NCBI GenBank assembly: GCA_977030845.1
Contig: OZ365115.1
Coordinates: 2,728,001 to 2,792,000 of the forward strand
Reading direction: 5' to 3'
Length of the DNA: 64,000 bases
DNA from: Fimbriosthenelais zetlandica
Lineage: Eukaryota
Position 1 is the first letter of the stretch; each line of letters starts with the position of its first letter. The translations under genes and the position numbers were made by a program. Under the pieces are notes generated by a model. That model was not told the DNA's origin. It saw only the letters and a list, made by a program, of their open reading frames with translations, and made no database searches. Shown here one piece after another: positions 9,712-22,600 of the stretch.

Positions 9712-10674
9712 TTAAGCCTTGGCCATCGTCTCCAGTTCTTGCAGCAACTCGTCACAGTATTCCATCAATCGATGGCCCGCTTCATTGGGTCCTTGTTGGT
9801 CCTCCAGCCGAGGTGGCGGCTGAGGGTACCTCAGTCCTGTAGGAGTCAAAGCTCCTTGATTTCTAAGCAGATTAGGATCATCTTCTTGAGATGACATATC
9901 ACTGTTTGGAATATGACCATTTGAAGCGCCTTTACTAGGTCCGTGAACATTTGACAGTTTCTCAGGCGGTTCATTGTCGTCACTATAAGTTTGCCCACCT
10001 TCAGATCTCTGCCTTTGAACCCTCTGTAAAGGCCTCCCGTTCATGACAGGTTTAGGTTTGATGGGAGGTTTATTTTGAGGTTTGTTGTTTGTACCTCCAG
10101 TGTTTGTATTTTTCACACCGTCGTTTGTTTGGTTCTGTTGTTGAGGGGACAGCTCTGGTTTCTCGTCCCCGGCTTGTGGGAACCAGACTTTCTTCGGAGG
10201 TTTGGGAAGTGTACGTAGATTATTGTTATCCTGCATTTTCCAGGGATTAGCGTTGCTTTTGGTTCTGTTGTGTTGTCTGGGGAGGGACCTGGAGGAGCCC
10301 GGGGCATCGACATTAGATGGCTGCGGGGCCTTCCGTGGGTTCACCCCGCCAGGCCTGCTGCGGGGACCGGAGGAGTTAGGCGGGGGAAGTGGCGGTGCCC
10401 GGCGGTTACTGCCCCGCCCAAATGTCCCCATCTGAGGGAGGCCAGGGCTGGGGGACGGTCTCCCACTACTGCTGCTACTGCTACTCCCATAGGCGCTGGG
10501 GAAGTGGCTTTTGGGTGTCCCCGGGGAGGTGGAGTTGGTGGAGGTGGAGGTGGAACCATCGCCGGGAGAGTTAGAGCCGAACATGGGGACATAGTCAGGA
10601 TCCTCCATCAGAGGTTTAGTGGAGGAGTCGCTATGACTACCGAACAGGTCATCATCCGGGTCCAGCAGGCACAT
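9712..10674 (-). CDS. THSD7-like terminal exon, 320-aa Pro/Ser-rich cytoplasmic tail
   Basis: Acceptor tgtgttgtag right before a 963-nt ORF with coding-like GC content; TAA at 9712-9714. Confidence 0.78.
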   Translation of the reverse strand: MCLLDPDDDLFGSHSDSSTKPLMEDPDYVPMFGSNSPGDGSTSTSTNSTSPGTPKSHFPSAYGSSSSSSSGRPSPSPGLPQMGTFGRGSNRRAPPLPPPNSSGPRSRPGGVNPRKAPQPSNVDAPGSSRSLPRQHNRTKSNANPWKMQDNNNLRTLPKPPKKVWFPQAGDEKPELSPQQQNQTNDGVKNTNTGGTNNKPQNKPPIKPKPVMNGRPLQRVQRQRSEGGQTYSDDNEPPEKLSNVHGPSKGASNGHIPNSDMSSQEDDPNLLRNQGALTPTGLRYPQPPPRLEDQQGPNEAGHRLMEYCDELLQELETMAKA

Positions 10675-13600
10675 CTACAACACAGATCGCACAATAATTA
10701 ATCAAAGGAACCAAATTCAGCCAAATGAAAATTAAGTTGCTGGATTGAGTTGTTGGGAGACTACTGAACATAATCACCGAACGAACTCCTTCTGGCACCT
10801 TAAACAGCTATTGTATAAGAATTGACTTGGTCGTTGCTGTTGGCATTTCCATCTAAGAACATTGACAGCTGTCACTAGCCTGTATAATCATTGCAATAGG
10901 GTTTAACAACAGGGTGTCATTCCGCTACATCTAACTGACAACTAGCGGTGCCATTGTATAAAACTTGTCTTGGTCGTTGCTGTTACTTAGCAGGCCCGTA
11001 ACTAGCCCTCTGAGTGAGGTGGTTCGTTTTCCTCCAAGGTGGAACTCCTGGCAGTTATTTCAGACCATAACAACTAATATTTAAAAAACAGATTTAAATA
11101 ATGATAATTATATTAATTATACATTAAATTACTAACAAGGAAATATTTTCTTTTGAGATTTTCAACTTCCGTTTGGTTCCAAAATGATCGAATAATGGTG
11201 GGGGGGGGGGGGGGGGGGGGTCGGGGTCGGGATGTGGGGCTACCCCGAGGAGATTTTGATTTAGATGCACGTCCTTAGATGAATTCTGGTGCATTCTGAG
11301 AGAAAAGAGAGAGAGTCTTAATTTGGGAAATATAGGTCTAATGTCAAGTGTATTTTACGTTTCAGAAAGCTGATGATTAATTTTACATGTAATTTTCACG
11401 TTACTTTATCATTGTATTAACCTGGTATCAGTGGTATCAATGAACTGAGTTGTGGGGGGGGGGGGGGGGGGTTCCAAAATGATCGAATAATGGTGGGGGG
11501 GGGGGGGGGGTCTGGGGTACTACCCCCAGGAGATTTTGATTTAGATGCACGTCCTTGGATGAATTCTGGTGCATTCTGAGAGTCGTGTTGGCATCAGGTG
11601 GTAGGCCTAAATATTGAGTCAGTTTCCCCTAAAACAATTATAATCAAGGCCCCCATAAAACAAAGCATTTTAGCTGCTTTAATTTGCATTCTGTGGTGAT
11701 TTTCAGCACTTTAGTTATTAACTTAACCAGATTTGGGATTAATATTTGACCCTAAAATTAACTTATTTTAACCAAGATTTTAAAGACTTTCCAAATATGC
11801 TATATCAAAGGATGGATCTTCTTTCAACAGTACCCATCACTTGTTAGGCCTATATTTGTTGATTTAACAATTATAGCCAGGTTTAAGCTATGTGAGGTAG
11901 GCCTACAGTGGATGTAGAGAATCAGGGGATACTCTGCACTGATAAGTGCTACTGCCACCTTAACCTTCCCATTAATATTTCCCCGACATCATAGCCCTAG
12001 CCCTCGGACAGAGATAATAAATGCATACTTCATATAATGTCACAGTAAGACTGGAAAGTGATGCAACGCTTTGGTCTTGGAGGATGCTGACCTATCGGAG
12101 ACTGGCCCGGCCTTATCTCTAGTCTCCATGGCAACTGACTACTTAATACCATGGTCATTGTATACATATATGTTACCTATTTTCAACCTATAAGCCTATC
12201 GCATTGACCCATATATTATTTAGTCTCGCTTCACTATATTGCATCACAGCAAAGTAGCCGCCCGAGGTGGAACTCCACAGAGCTGTATATGACCTAAATG
12301 TCTGAGATAAGTCACCGTATGGGAGAAGTGTGGCTATAATCGGTGACGATTAATTAAAATCAGGGTGGAACTCATTAGCCACTGGGCCAAGCGGGGTGGT
12401 TCGTTCGAACCGGTAGAACCACCTGTAGTTACGGGCCTGGACTTAGCCATTAAGTTAATGTCATTAAGAAGTATACGAACCTTAGTGTCGAGGTTGTCCT
12501 TCATGTTGAATGGCAGTGTTGACTCGTCCTTCTGATCTAAGTTATCAGAGTAGGCCTTCAGGTTAGACTGATATCGACTCAGGTCATAGGTGGAGTCACC
12601 ATTAAAGTTCTTATTGGCCGTCCCGTACCGGTGGATGATCACTACGTCTTTGTCCTTTGGTTTCAGCTCGTTGTTTTTCTGCATCGTGTCCAGGTTGTCA
12701 ATCTTTGTCAGGTTAGGGTATGTGTCCATTGGTGGCGCTTTCTTCTTCCTTCGGCTGAAAACGAATAGTGAAAATTATCGTCAAGAATTTGAACTCAAAC
12801 ATTTCAAACCTTCATTCGATTTTTCTTCTGCTTTGATCAGGAAACCATGTTTTGATGTATATATTATCTGTTGGTGCCCTTTCCTGAGTGTCAAGATGGC
12901 CTGGAATTATTTTCGGGCGGTTGATCTGACTGAGGTATGGAGTTGATGCAACACTCAATGTCATATTTACCTGATGAAGCAGATGGTACAGATGAGAGCT
13001 AGGATGACTAGAGCACATATAGATCCTATAATGATATAGAGCACCAGGGTGCTCAAACTGTGGTCAAATAGTCCACTGGCTGCTCGACCCTCAGCTGGGC
13101 ACAACAAAGCTGAAACACAAAACAGAATTATCTCAAATATCTCCACAATATTCCAACAAATCTATGAAAATGTCGTTTTAACAATTGTTTGCAATAAAAG
13201 TGATAAAACAAATCCTATGAGCATGGTTTCTACAAGAAATATTGTTGGTGGAATTGGTAGGATTTATAGGAAGTCTGGCGTATTCCCAATAAATGAAAGT
13301 AGTAAGAGACTAACCTTCGTCTGGGAGGAGGCCTCCAGCACACAGACACTCCTTGTTGAGGACGTCACAGTACGTGGTGTTCACGACACAGTGACTGTTA
13401 TCCTCACACCCATACTGCGGTAGACAGACCTCCCCGTCACCTACATCAAATCAAGGCTGCTTACTGAGAGCTAAACATCGCAGACACATCACAATTCACT
13501 TTTTGGCTTTTGGAATACTTCCATATGCCACCAGATACAATCCTAGAGCCAGTTTCTTCGTTAGATTTCCTGTTGCAATTTTGCTTGCGACACTACTCTG

Positions 13601-16600
13601 ACAAAGGTGATGCTTGTGTCGCAATAAACTTTATAAATTGTGTCTGAAGTGTGCAAGGCTTTAAGGCCGTTTTCCATGCACTAGTACAGACTTTGTCTCA
13701 ATAGTGTCGCACGTAAAGTGGCAGCAGTGAAAAGCATCCTGAAGAAACTCACCCGTCTAGAGTTAGGTAGGAGCAGAGTTTAATGACATGTTTAATACAG
13801 GTAGTAGTTATACAGGTACATACCTGTGAATCCGAGCATACAGGTACAGGTACCGTCAGTACACCTGGCATACTGACCACACTGCTGACCACACACCCTG
13901 GTCATCCCAGGCTCATCACCATCCTCACATCCTCCACTCACCTCCAGGTGTTCTATAATAACAATCATAATAATAATCAATAACAAATAAAGATAAAACA
14001 GGTGAAATAAACGTGCAATGACAGTCATGCATCAAGTCTGAAAAGTCCGAACTGACGAAACAACTGAACAAGACCATATTGAAAATGAATTTTATGACGA
14101 TTTATTTTTCCACGACTTTCGACATATTTTCAAACAAATCGAATTTCCCCAGCTTTATTCTTCAGCTTTATCTTAAATTGCATGAATTAATCAAATGATT
14201 CACTCACCGTGAGCCATACAGTGGACCTTCCTCCTGCCCTTCTTGTTCCACTCACCACTCTGCCAGTAGAAGGTGGGACATAGTACCTCATTCTGTCTAC
14301 AGGGCCGCACCTCCATCAGATGACTGGGACAGGCACGCCCTCCTGTGGCTGGAGAGAGAACTACACGCGTTCTAACCTGAATGGACACCGCGCCAGGCGT
14401 GGCGCAGTCCTTAAAGCAAGGCCCGTACCTACTCCACGTGCTTACCTACAAATTAAAGCGGCTCTATCACCAAAACTGCCCCTGCATAGAGAGTCATCTG
14501 AAGTTTAAATTTAGCTCCTTTTTATCCACTGGATAATCACACACAAAATTAGGAGTTGAAACCTGGAACTGAAACCTACCACACAGTCACCGGGGCAAGG
14601 CTGTCCACATATCTCCTCGTCTTCAAGGTCAAGTTCCTTACGGATGTAAGGGTCAAGGTCACTCAGGCTCTGAATGGGGTCATCTGAAAATAAAATGATA
14701 CAAAAATAAAATAGATGGAAACGAAATAAATAGAAAGGAAGGACGGATGGATGGAAGTCAGGAAAGAAGTTGGGGTTCAACTAATTTGAACGTCAACTGA
14801 TTTAAACGTCTACTGATTTAAGTAACTTATTAATTGATGAACTTCATCTCTTCATCTGATCAGACATAATATGAGTAAATGCACGGCGATACAACTCTAT
14901 AAAACATTCTTATTACCTCTAATTGACTACTCTCTTTTCTGTTTTAATGTGTGTCCGGCTCATATGTTCATAAAACTCCAGAGACTGCAGAATAGGGCTC
15001 TACGTATTTGTACCTTATCCAATAAAACCACGCCAACCATTGCTCTCCATAAGGCGGCAAACCTGCTCACCCTTGATTACAGAGCCAAGTTTAATCTATT
15101 AAAAAACGCCCATCGGTTCATATATGTCGATCAGTGTGCTACCAACTATATCGTCGATCATGGTGTCCCAACTAGAATAAATGCTGCTCCTCTTTTAAAG
15201 CTTCCCATCCCTATCTCATCATTTGTCTCGAAATCACTCCCATTTACCTCTGTCGATACTTGGAATTCACTTCCTGTTGCCCTACGAATTATTGCTGATC
15301 CGGATTGCTTTAAATCCCGGTTAAAAGCCTACCTCACCCAAAATTGTTTTCCTGACTAAAAATCTGTATCCGATTTCCATATTTCCACTTGTTGGTCTGC
15401 TTCCTTTATGTACTCATCACTCTATATATCAATGTGATCTGTTCCTCATCTTACCCACCCCAACTATTGTGTCTGCAAGTACGCCTAATTCACCATATGA
15501 ATGTGTTGATCTCAATACACGTTTAAATTGTACATATTATTGTAAATATTGATGTATATATTATGTTCCATGTCTGCATGTTGTCAAGTTGTCTAACATA
15601 TTCCGTTTTCTCACCTTGACATAATCTGTGTGTAATTTGTAAATTGTGAATTGTGTTAATCTGTATGTCGTTGTTATGTCTGTTGTGCGTGTTTCCTTGG
15701 ATGAATAAGTGTATATATATACCCGGTAATGCCTGAATCCCGCATGACTCCTAACTCTTTATAACTGACTAGCTGTTGACATCCTGACTTTTAAACATAT
15801 CGCTTACTTTTAAACTGCATATTGAAATCTAATTGTTCAATATTTTTACTCATGTCCTCGATGCATCTATTTTTTCCCCTCTATGTATGTGGTCAGGAAG
15901 TGGTCGGAAGACCAGGGTCATTGTAACCTGAGGCCACTTGTTGTATATTGATCTTGTTATATGCACCTCCTGAATAAATTAGATGTAACAAAAAAAAAAA
16001 AAAAAAAAATGAACTCACCCGGATTGAAGCAGTTAGCCTCGTCTGAGACCATACCATCACTGCGGACACACTGCACGACTCTGGTCCTCAGGTCGACACC
16101 ACAGCTGGACTCCGCTACGCTACACTCCCCCCACCTCCCCCGCTCCCAACTATACGCGTAGCAAGGCGTCGTATGACACGTCGTGTTCTAATAAAAACAT
16201 CAATAATTCATAAATAATTCACACTAAAACATAACACAATATGATGTCTATGGTATGGTACAGTGTTCACTCTCTCTATGAAAAACATTATATTTGGTCT
16301 ATTCTTCAGATTAAATAGCTATGCTTTTCATAATCCTAGCAATTTTTTTTAGATATTTAAAAGGATATTTATATAATATGTCTGGGATAAATATTGATTA
16401 GATTCATTCCTTGATCAAAGAACGCAGGGGGAATGTGTGAGAGGCATGTGGTGTATCATTAACACAAGGTGGCGTGAGTGTGCCTACTTTTAACCATGAA
16501 CCAACGCTTCAATAGGCCCTACTCTCACAGACATCTGAGAGAAGGATCTACATTCTTGCGATTAAAATGATTGCAAAGACACAAAAAAGTCTTTCCATAC

Positions 16601-19600
16601 GTAATATAACATTAAAAAGACACCAGAGTGGCACTAATGATACTATATTGTACTCTTGGTTTCACGTGTGAGTTTCAGATGTTATTTTCTCAGTGCTCAC
16701 CTGGACTAGCTGGTCCTCAGTGGGACAGGGACGCCCCCATGTGTTGGCGGTGGTGAGTACGCTTCTCAGCCGCTCCTTGTACGCCTCCAGACCGCACTCC
16801 GCGGAACAGTGAGACCAGGGTGTGAACTTAGACACCTCACAGTCCACGGGGCACGGCGACTCACACTCCTCCTCACTAAAAATAAAAAACAAACTTTAAA
16901 CAATTATATAATTATTGTTATAAAACAATTGTGAGAGACCAAAGTGTATACAGGAGGAATACTCGTTGGAGAGACTAAACTTTTCCAGTAAGTTGAATTG
17001 AAATGATAAATTTTACGAGATAACCAATGGGATTGGAAATTATTACAAACATAAAGTATAGTTATAGGATGCGTAAAGTGTTTGCTGCATTAACCAATTG
17101 ACAGTTTAAGACCTGGAAGGATACTGAGATGTTACTGGGGACACTTATTAGATGGTGCTATAGACACAGACTTAGATCTATCTATATAATTTGAAATTTA
17201 GATTTGATAAAACTATTTTCTACCTTGGTTCTGTGTTGGGGAAGTCTTTACAATACTCCATATCCACGACTACTCCATCCTCTCTCACACAGTTGAAGGA
17301 ACGCTTCCTCACGCCTGAAATATAAAATAATTATGATGCAGGTGAAGCACACATCTTCCTTAACACGACTAACACAATTTAAAACACAAAAGCAAGTCAG
17401 AATTCTTAAACATTTAAAGGTCAGTCTCCGATAATTGTTTGGTAAAATCTAGATCTAAGAGATGATACAATAGTAGAGCACATGAGCGCTGGATAGACGC
17501 CTAGAGCTCTCTCAATCTGTGGCTTTGATATCTACTCTTGGAACTATCTATTCATATTGGACACAACCGTTACGGAACTATTGTTTTATTTGATCTCGCT
17601 GGTCTGTTATTTCTGTGATATTCTGTCTGAGAACATTTGTCTGTTTGAGAACATTTCTTTTACTTGGCCACTATTATGGTCTCTGAAAGTCCTAACATCA
17701 ATGAATAGATTCAAACATTTGCCGATGAATCGAGCAGTATATGAAATTCATAATGAATTGACAAAGTTAATAAGGACTGAATGAGCTCACCTTGACCACA
17801 CTTGTTCCTGTTATCGTCCTTGATGAGACAGCTCGTCCAGTCACCCATCACTATACTATAGAGAGGACAGTAACATGGCTCCTCCTCCTCCAGATCCCCA
17901 CACTGGAACGCGCTAGGTAACGGCTCCTTGGTAACGTTACGGTAACGAGCACGTGTGGCGTTAGGACGGCAGCTACACTTAGTCCACTCACTCCACCCAC
18001 TCACCTCACAGTCGCCTACAACACAATAGTTGTTATTATAAAACACTAATTCCATTGAAGGTTCAAGTTAGAAATTCATTAAACTATTTTTCATTTTTCG
18101 CCGACTAAATTATCTGGAAAAGTGTTGCGACTTCTGCAACTGCTGCAAGTGTAACTGCACTAGCAGGGGCTTCCTCTTCCTGACAATAGTTAATATTATA
18201 AAACACTAATTCCATTGAAGTTTCAAGTTTCATTTTTCCGGCTATATCATCTGGAGAAGTGGTGCAACTGCTGCAACTGTAACTGCACTAGCAGGGGCTT
18301 CCTTTTCGTGAGGGAATGACTGGGGAATGACTTACCGAGACAGGGTAGATCACATTCTACTGTATCTAGAGGTCTAGGTTTGATTCTCTCACACTCCTCC
18401 TCATACTCCGCCCCGGCCCGGCACGTCACCGCTCTCTTCATCTCACCACGACCACAAATAATGTCATAAAACGGTCGACACTCTCCCCACTGAAAATGAC
18501 AGACTTAGTATGGCAATAGGCACGAAAAACAGAGATAGGGTTAAGTCTAGAGGTATTGAGGATGTGAAATTAACCTGAACTTGATTATTCATCCAGAATA
18601 AGTGTAGGTAGAGACTGAGCGTTCCGCTATGGGAGATGTAATAGGTCAGCTTAAATTACATGAAAGACAAAGGAGTAAAGCATATCACTGGATGAAATCC
18701 GATGTGGGATGGGGACATGTTACCAGAAGTTTGAAATAGGAATCAGGCTATTGTCTTGAAACTAATACTGCAATTCCATCATCCATTTTTATAGAATATC
18801 CAGAGAAAAAATGTATAAGCCTGAAAAAATGTATATGCCTCTCACCACAGACAGTGGGAGATACGGCTGGCTTTTGATATGCCAGTTAGCAGCACTGGGC
18901 AGAGAAGGACTTTTGAATAATTAGTAATGATTTATAGTAGGTCTTACAGGAGCAGCTTTCCATTCAAACATGCCACATTCTCTGAGAATACATGTCCTGT
19001 TCTCCACCAGATGGGGACACGGCCGACCACCAGGTGTCATGGCAACCGTGACGTCACGCCTCCGACTCTGAACACCTGGCGGAGAAAACAGAAAAAAACA
19101 ATCAGAAACTTTAAACAACTAATTCAAAAGTGGCTCTATCACTAGTAGTGTCCTATTTACAGTTCATAATAACCTAGAACCTAGAGTTAAACAGTATGAA
19201 TCTGGATCATACTGACCTACACCCACCACAAGCCTATCACTGATCGCTTTAAGACCAAACTACTTTGTGTAAATCAATTTTCTCCTTAGAAAGTAAACTT
19301 ATCTGCAACGTAATCCAAATAAATGAGAATGATAAGGAAAGAGCCTGGTTGCCGATAACCTAGTTATATATAGACCTAAGCACACCTTGTTTCCCCAAAC
19401 CGATGTAAAAAGAAGTAAATCGTTATAGAGGCGGGAGAAAAAGTAATGAATAAAACACACAGGGGACCGAGGTCCGCCAACTGATGTATTATGATGGGGA
19501 GAGACAGAAGGAAGACAAACTTGCTCCCCTCTCAAACTCCATTTCTTATTTGCTTAGGTTCTATTAACCGCCACCTGAGCCCTAGTCTGAGCTTTTTATC

Positions 19601-22600
19601 AGCAAGAATCGATTTTTCAAATCATCAATTGACATAAAAATATTGTAATTCCGTGACATATTTGCCTTATCAATCTACATTAAACTGGAAGTGGTTGCTT
19701 CTTGGATTCATCTATTTACATACCACGCTCACACAGATGATTTCTCAAATTCTTTCTGGCGTTCTTTCATTTCTTTTTCAACTGGGAGCTCTTTCTCCGT
19801 GTACTGCTATTATCTGTTGTTTTCTACTATTATTTATTGACTTCTGCAAGAGAACAGCTTGCGAAATCACAGTAGGAAAGAATTGTGGTCGCCATGCGGA
19901 TTCTGCAAGCTATTCACATGAAATCAGCTTCTCCTATGTAACGCTCACTTTGCAAATCCCATTAATCCATACAGTCATAGAACATACTCAATTGTCAGTC
20001 TTCAATGCTTGGGACATCCACATCACTTCTGTAATGGAATTTTTTAAAAAAGTACAAATAGAAAATATCTAGCAGACATGGAGATGTAAATCACCTTGGC
20101 CACAGACAGCTGAACAGGAATCCCAATCAGACCAGTCAGAAAGTTGGCAATCTTGAGGGCAGGAGATGCTACAAGGCACGTGTTTCTCTGGAGTCATGAC
20201 AACCGCGTCACAATGATGGTGAGGCACCTGCACGCCATCTGTTCGCTGGCAAATGACGTGACGCCGGCGGATACCGTGACCACAATGCAACAGCTCGTCT
20301 GGAAGGACATTGACAAGAAAGGAGAGAGAGTTAGAACTTCCTGAAAGTAGTTCCCACAGAGAAAGTAGTCCTGCATACCGGAAGTGTAGAGGGAGAGGAC
20401 TGTGGGAAGATATTTGAATTATCTGAGCAGGTAGAGGCAGCTCGGATGCTTTTGACAAAATGCTGGTTATTGCATTGATATATTAGACCAATAGGTCTAC
20501 TTAATTATATTAGCAAACGATATATTCTTCCACTAAATTACTGCAAGTGTTCAGCAGCCGAAATGCTGACAAAATGTATTATTGACCTTTGTGCATCTGT
20601 TGTTAGGGCTAATGCATCAGACACCTTGGTCTGGGCCTACATTAATCATGTGCACTACATAGTAAGATAGTTTTAATGAAGATAGTACCTTGAGCATCCT
20701 TCCTGTGAACTATACAGCTGCCCCAATCACCAATCACCCAGGAGTAGACGGGGCAGGGCTCAATCCCACAATCCAGTGTCTCTACCAGGTCAGACGGGTG
20801 GAGGTGAGGGCACTGCACCTCAGCCGTCAGTCCTGGCTCTGAAAAATAACAAATATCAGTCTTTAGTTTGTGAACTTATAGGTAATCCCTTACATAGTCT
20901 ATAATACCTTGTGAGAATGTTTGTCTTTGGCGGAATCCAGAACATTACATTAATAGGAGCAGGGAGTCACTGAAAATGCTTTGGATTGATCGGGGATTGA
21001 ACCACCAAACACTCAATCACTGAAATCAACTCAGCTGTTTGCCATTCAAATGGTCACAAAATATTAAATGTGAGAGTGTGATTATATAACCAACATAGCC
21101 TTATAAAGCTCTGACCACATAACAAATGGTAAGAGATAATAACAGATGAAGACCTCTATATTATACTGACCAAGTTTAGTGATATATCTGGTCCTGGTCT
21201 TGGTGCCTGGAGTCTTGCCGCAGGTCTGAGGACAGCTGGACCACCTGGACCAGGGTGATAACTGGCAGTCTCCAGAACATGGGAGGAAACATGGCTGGTC
21301 AGTCCGCGGTGGTGAACCGGGGGCCTGCTCATAACATATAGCTGTAAAGACAAGACAATTAAAATAAAGACAAATAATACAATTAAAATAAAGACAAAGT
21401 AATTTCATGTGTAATACCGATCTTCTACTATTACCGTAGATAACTAAGATAGCAGTTTTGGTAGCTTAAACGGGGCCTACACTATCACGATAAGCAACTA
21501 ATATAGTAGTTAAAAATTCAACTATTTCTGTCAAATATTACATTAATACAAAAAATAAGAAACAGATACCGATTCATTGATGATTTCTCCTACTAGAGAA
21601 AGGGTTGAACATTTCTGTTTTCTGAAAATAAAGAGATAATTTGAAGTTAAGATAATACCCACCGTCTCTGACTGGCTTGCCATCACTTCTCACACACGAG
21701 ACGTTCCTCTCCTGGCCGCCATAGCCACATGTCGCCACCATCAGGCAGGCAGACCAGCCCGAGGCTTCCCAGTGAAACGTGTGACAATCCGGAACCTTCT
21801 TACACCGTTTCTTCTGTAATATCACTCCTGAAATAAAGAACATCAGTAAATTAAAAAGTTAACATACCCAGGAAACCATTTTCTATACATGTAGAGGAAA
21901 ACAACAATGGTTTGAATATATCCTCATGAAACCTAATAATATAAAAAACATGCACAGATTGGTCCATGAGAGCAGTCTGAGGGAGGAAAGAAAGGTTGGG
22001 GAAGTAACAGCACACCATGGCCTTTCACAGGAAAAGGCCATGGGGATTCTTATTAACCAAAGGTATATAGATGAGCTATAAGAGACTAGCTAAAGTTCTG
22101 ATTATTGTCTGAGATACGACCCTGTCACATGATATGGGGGCAGGGGGCAGGGGTCAGGGGTCAGGGGCCAGGGGGCAGGGGGCAGGGGGCAGGGGGCAGG
22201 GGGCATGGGGCAGGGGCCAGGGAGAAGGATCCATCTGTACAGGCATAAGTATTTAATGATATGTTTCTATCGACCTAAGTAAAGCAATAATGGGCCGGCG
22301 CAGGCTGGCGGAGTAAAACGAAAAGAAAAGGGTAATAAACTTAAAAAAACATGTATTATTTTCAAGCCAGAAATGAAATGATGCAACAATTGAAGGGAGA
22401 AGTCAGCAATCGAGATCTACTTCTACATAATATGAACCCCATAACACATCCAAGTATGTGACTGACACATATAACCAAAATAACGCCCCTACTACCATGG
22501 GATAAATTGGAGGACAAAAGTAGGAAATTTGGCAAGAATTGTAAATCTTCAATATCTAAAGTATATCATTATGATTTGGTACACTAATAGGGCACACCCT

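Noticed and set aside
10113-10701. Overlapping ORFs in other frames and on the opposite strand of the terminal exon
   Set aside because: Shadow ORFs of GC-rich, Pro-rich coding sequence.
12334-12480. C-terminal part of the 131-aa ORF as coding sequence
   Set aside because: It runs into the TIR of the hAT-like element; a phase-0 donor at 12480 matches the last exon.
22015-22043. 11-bp hairpin ccatggccttt/aaaggccatgg resembling a histone stem-loop or terminator
   Set aside because: Intronic, does not match the histone stem-loop geometry, no associated gene; bacterial terminators do not apply.
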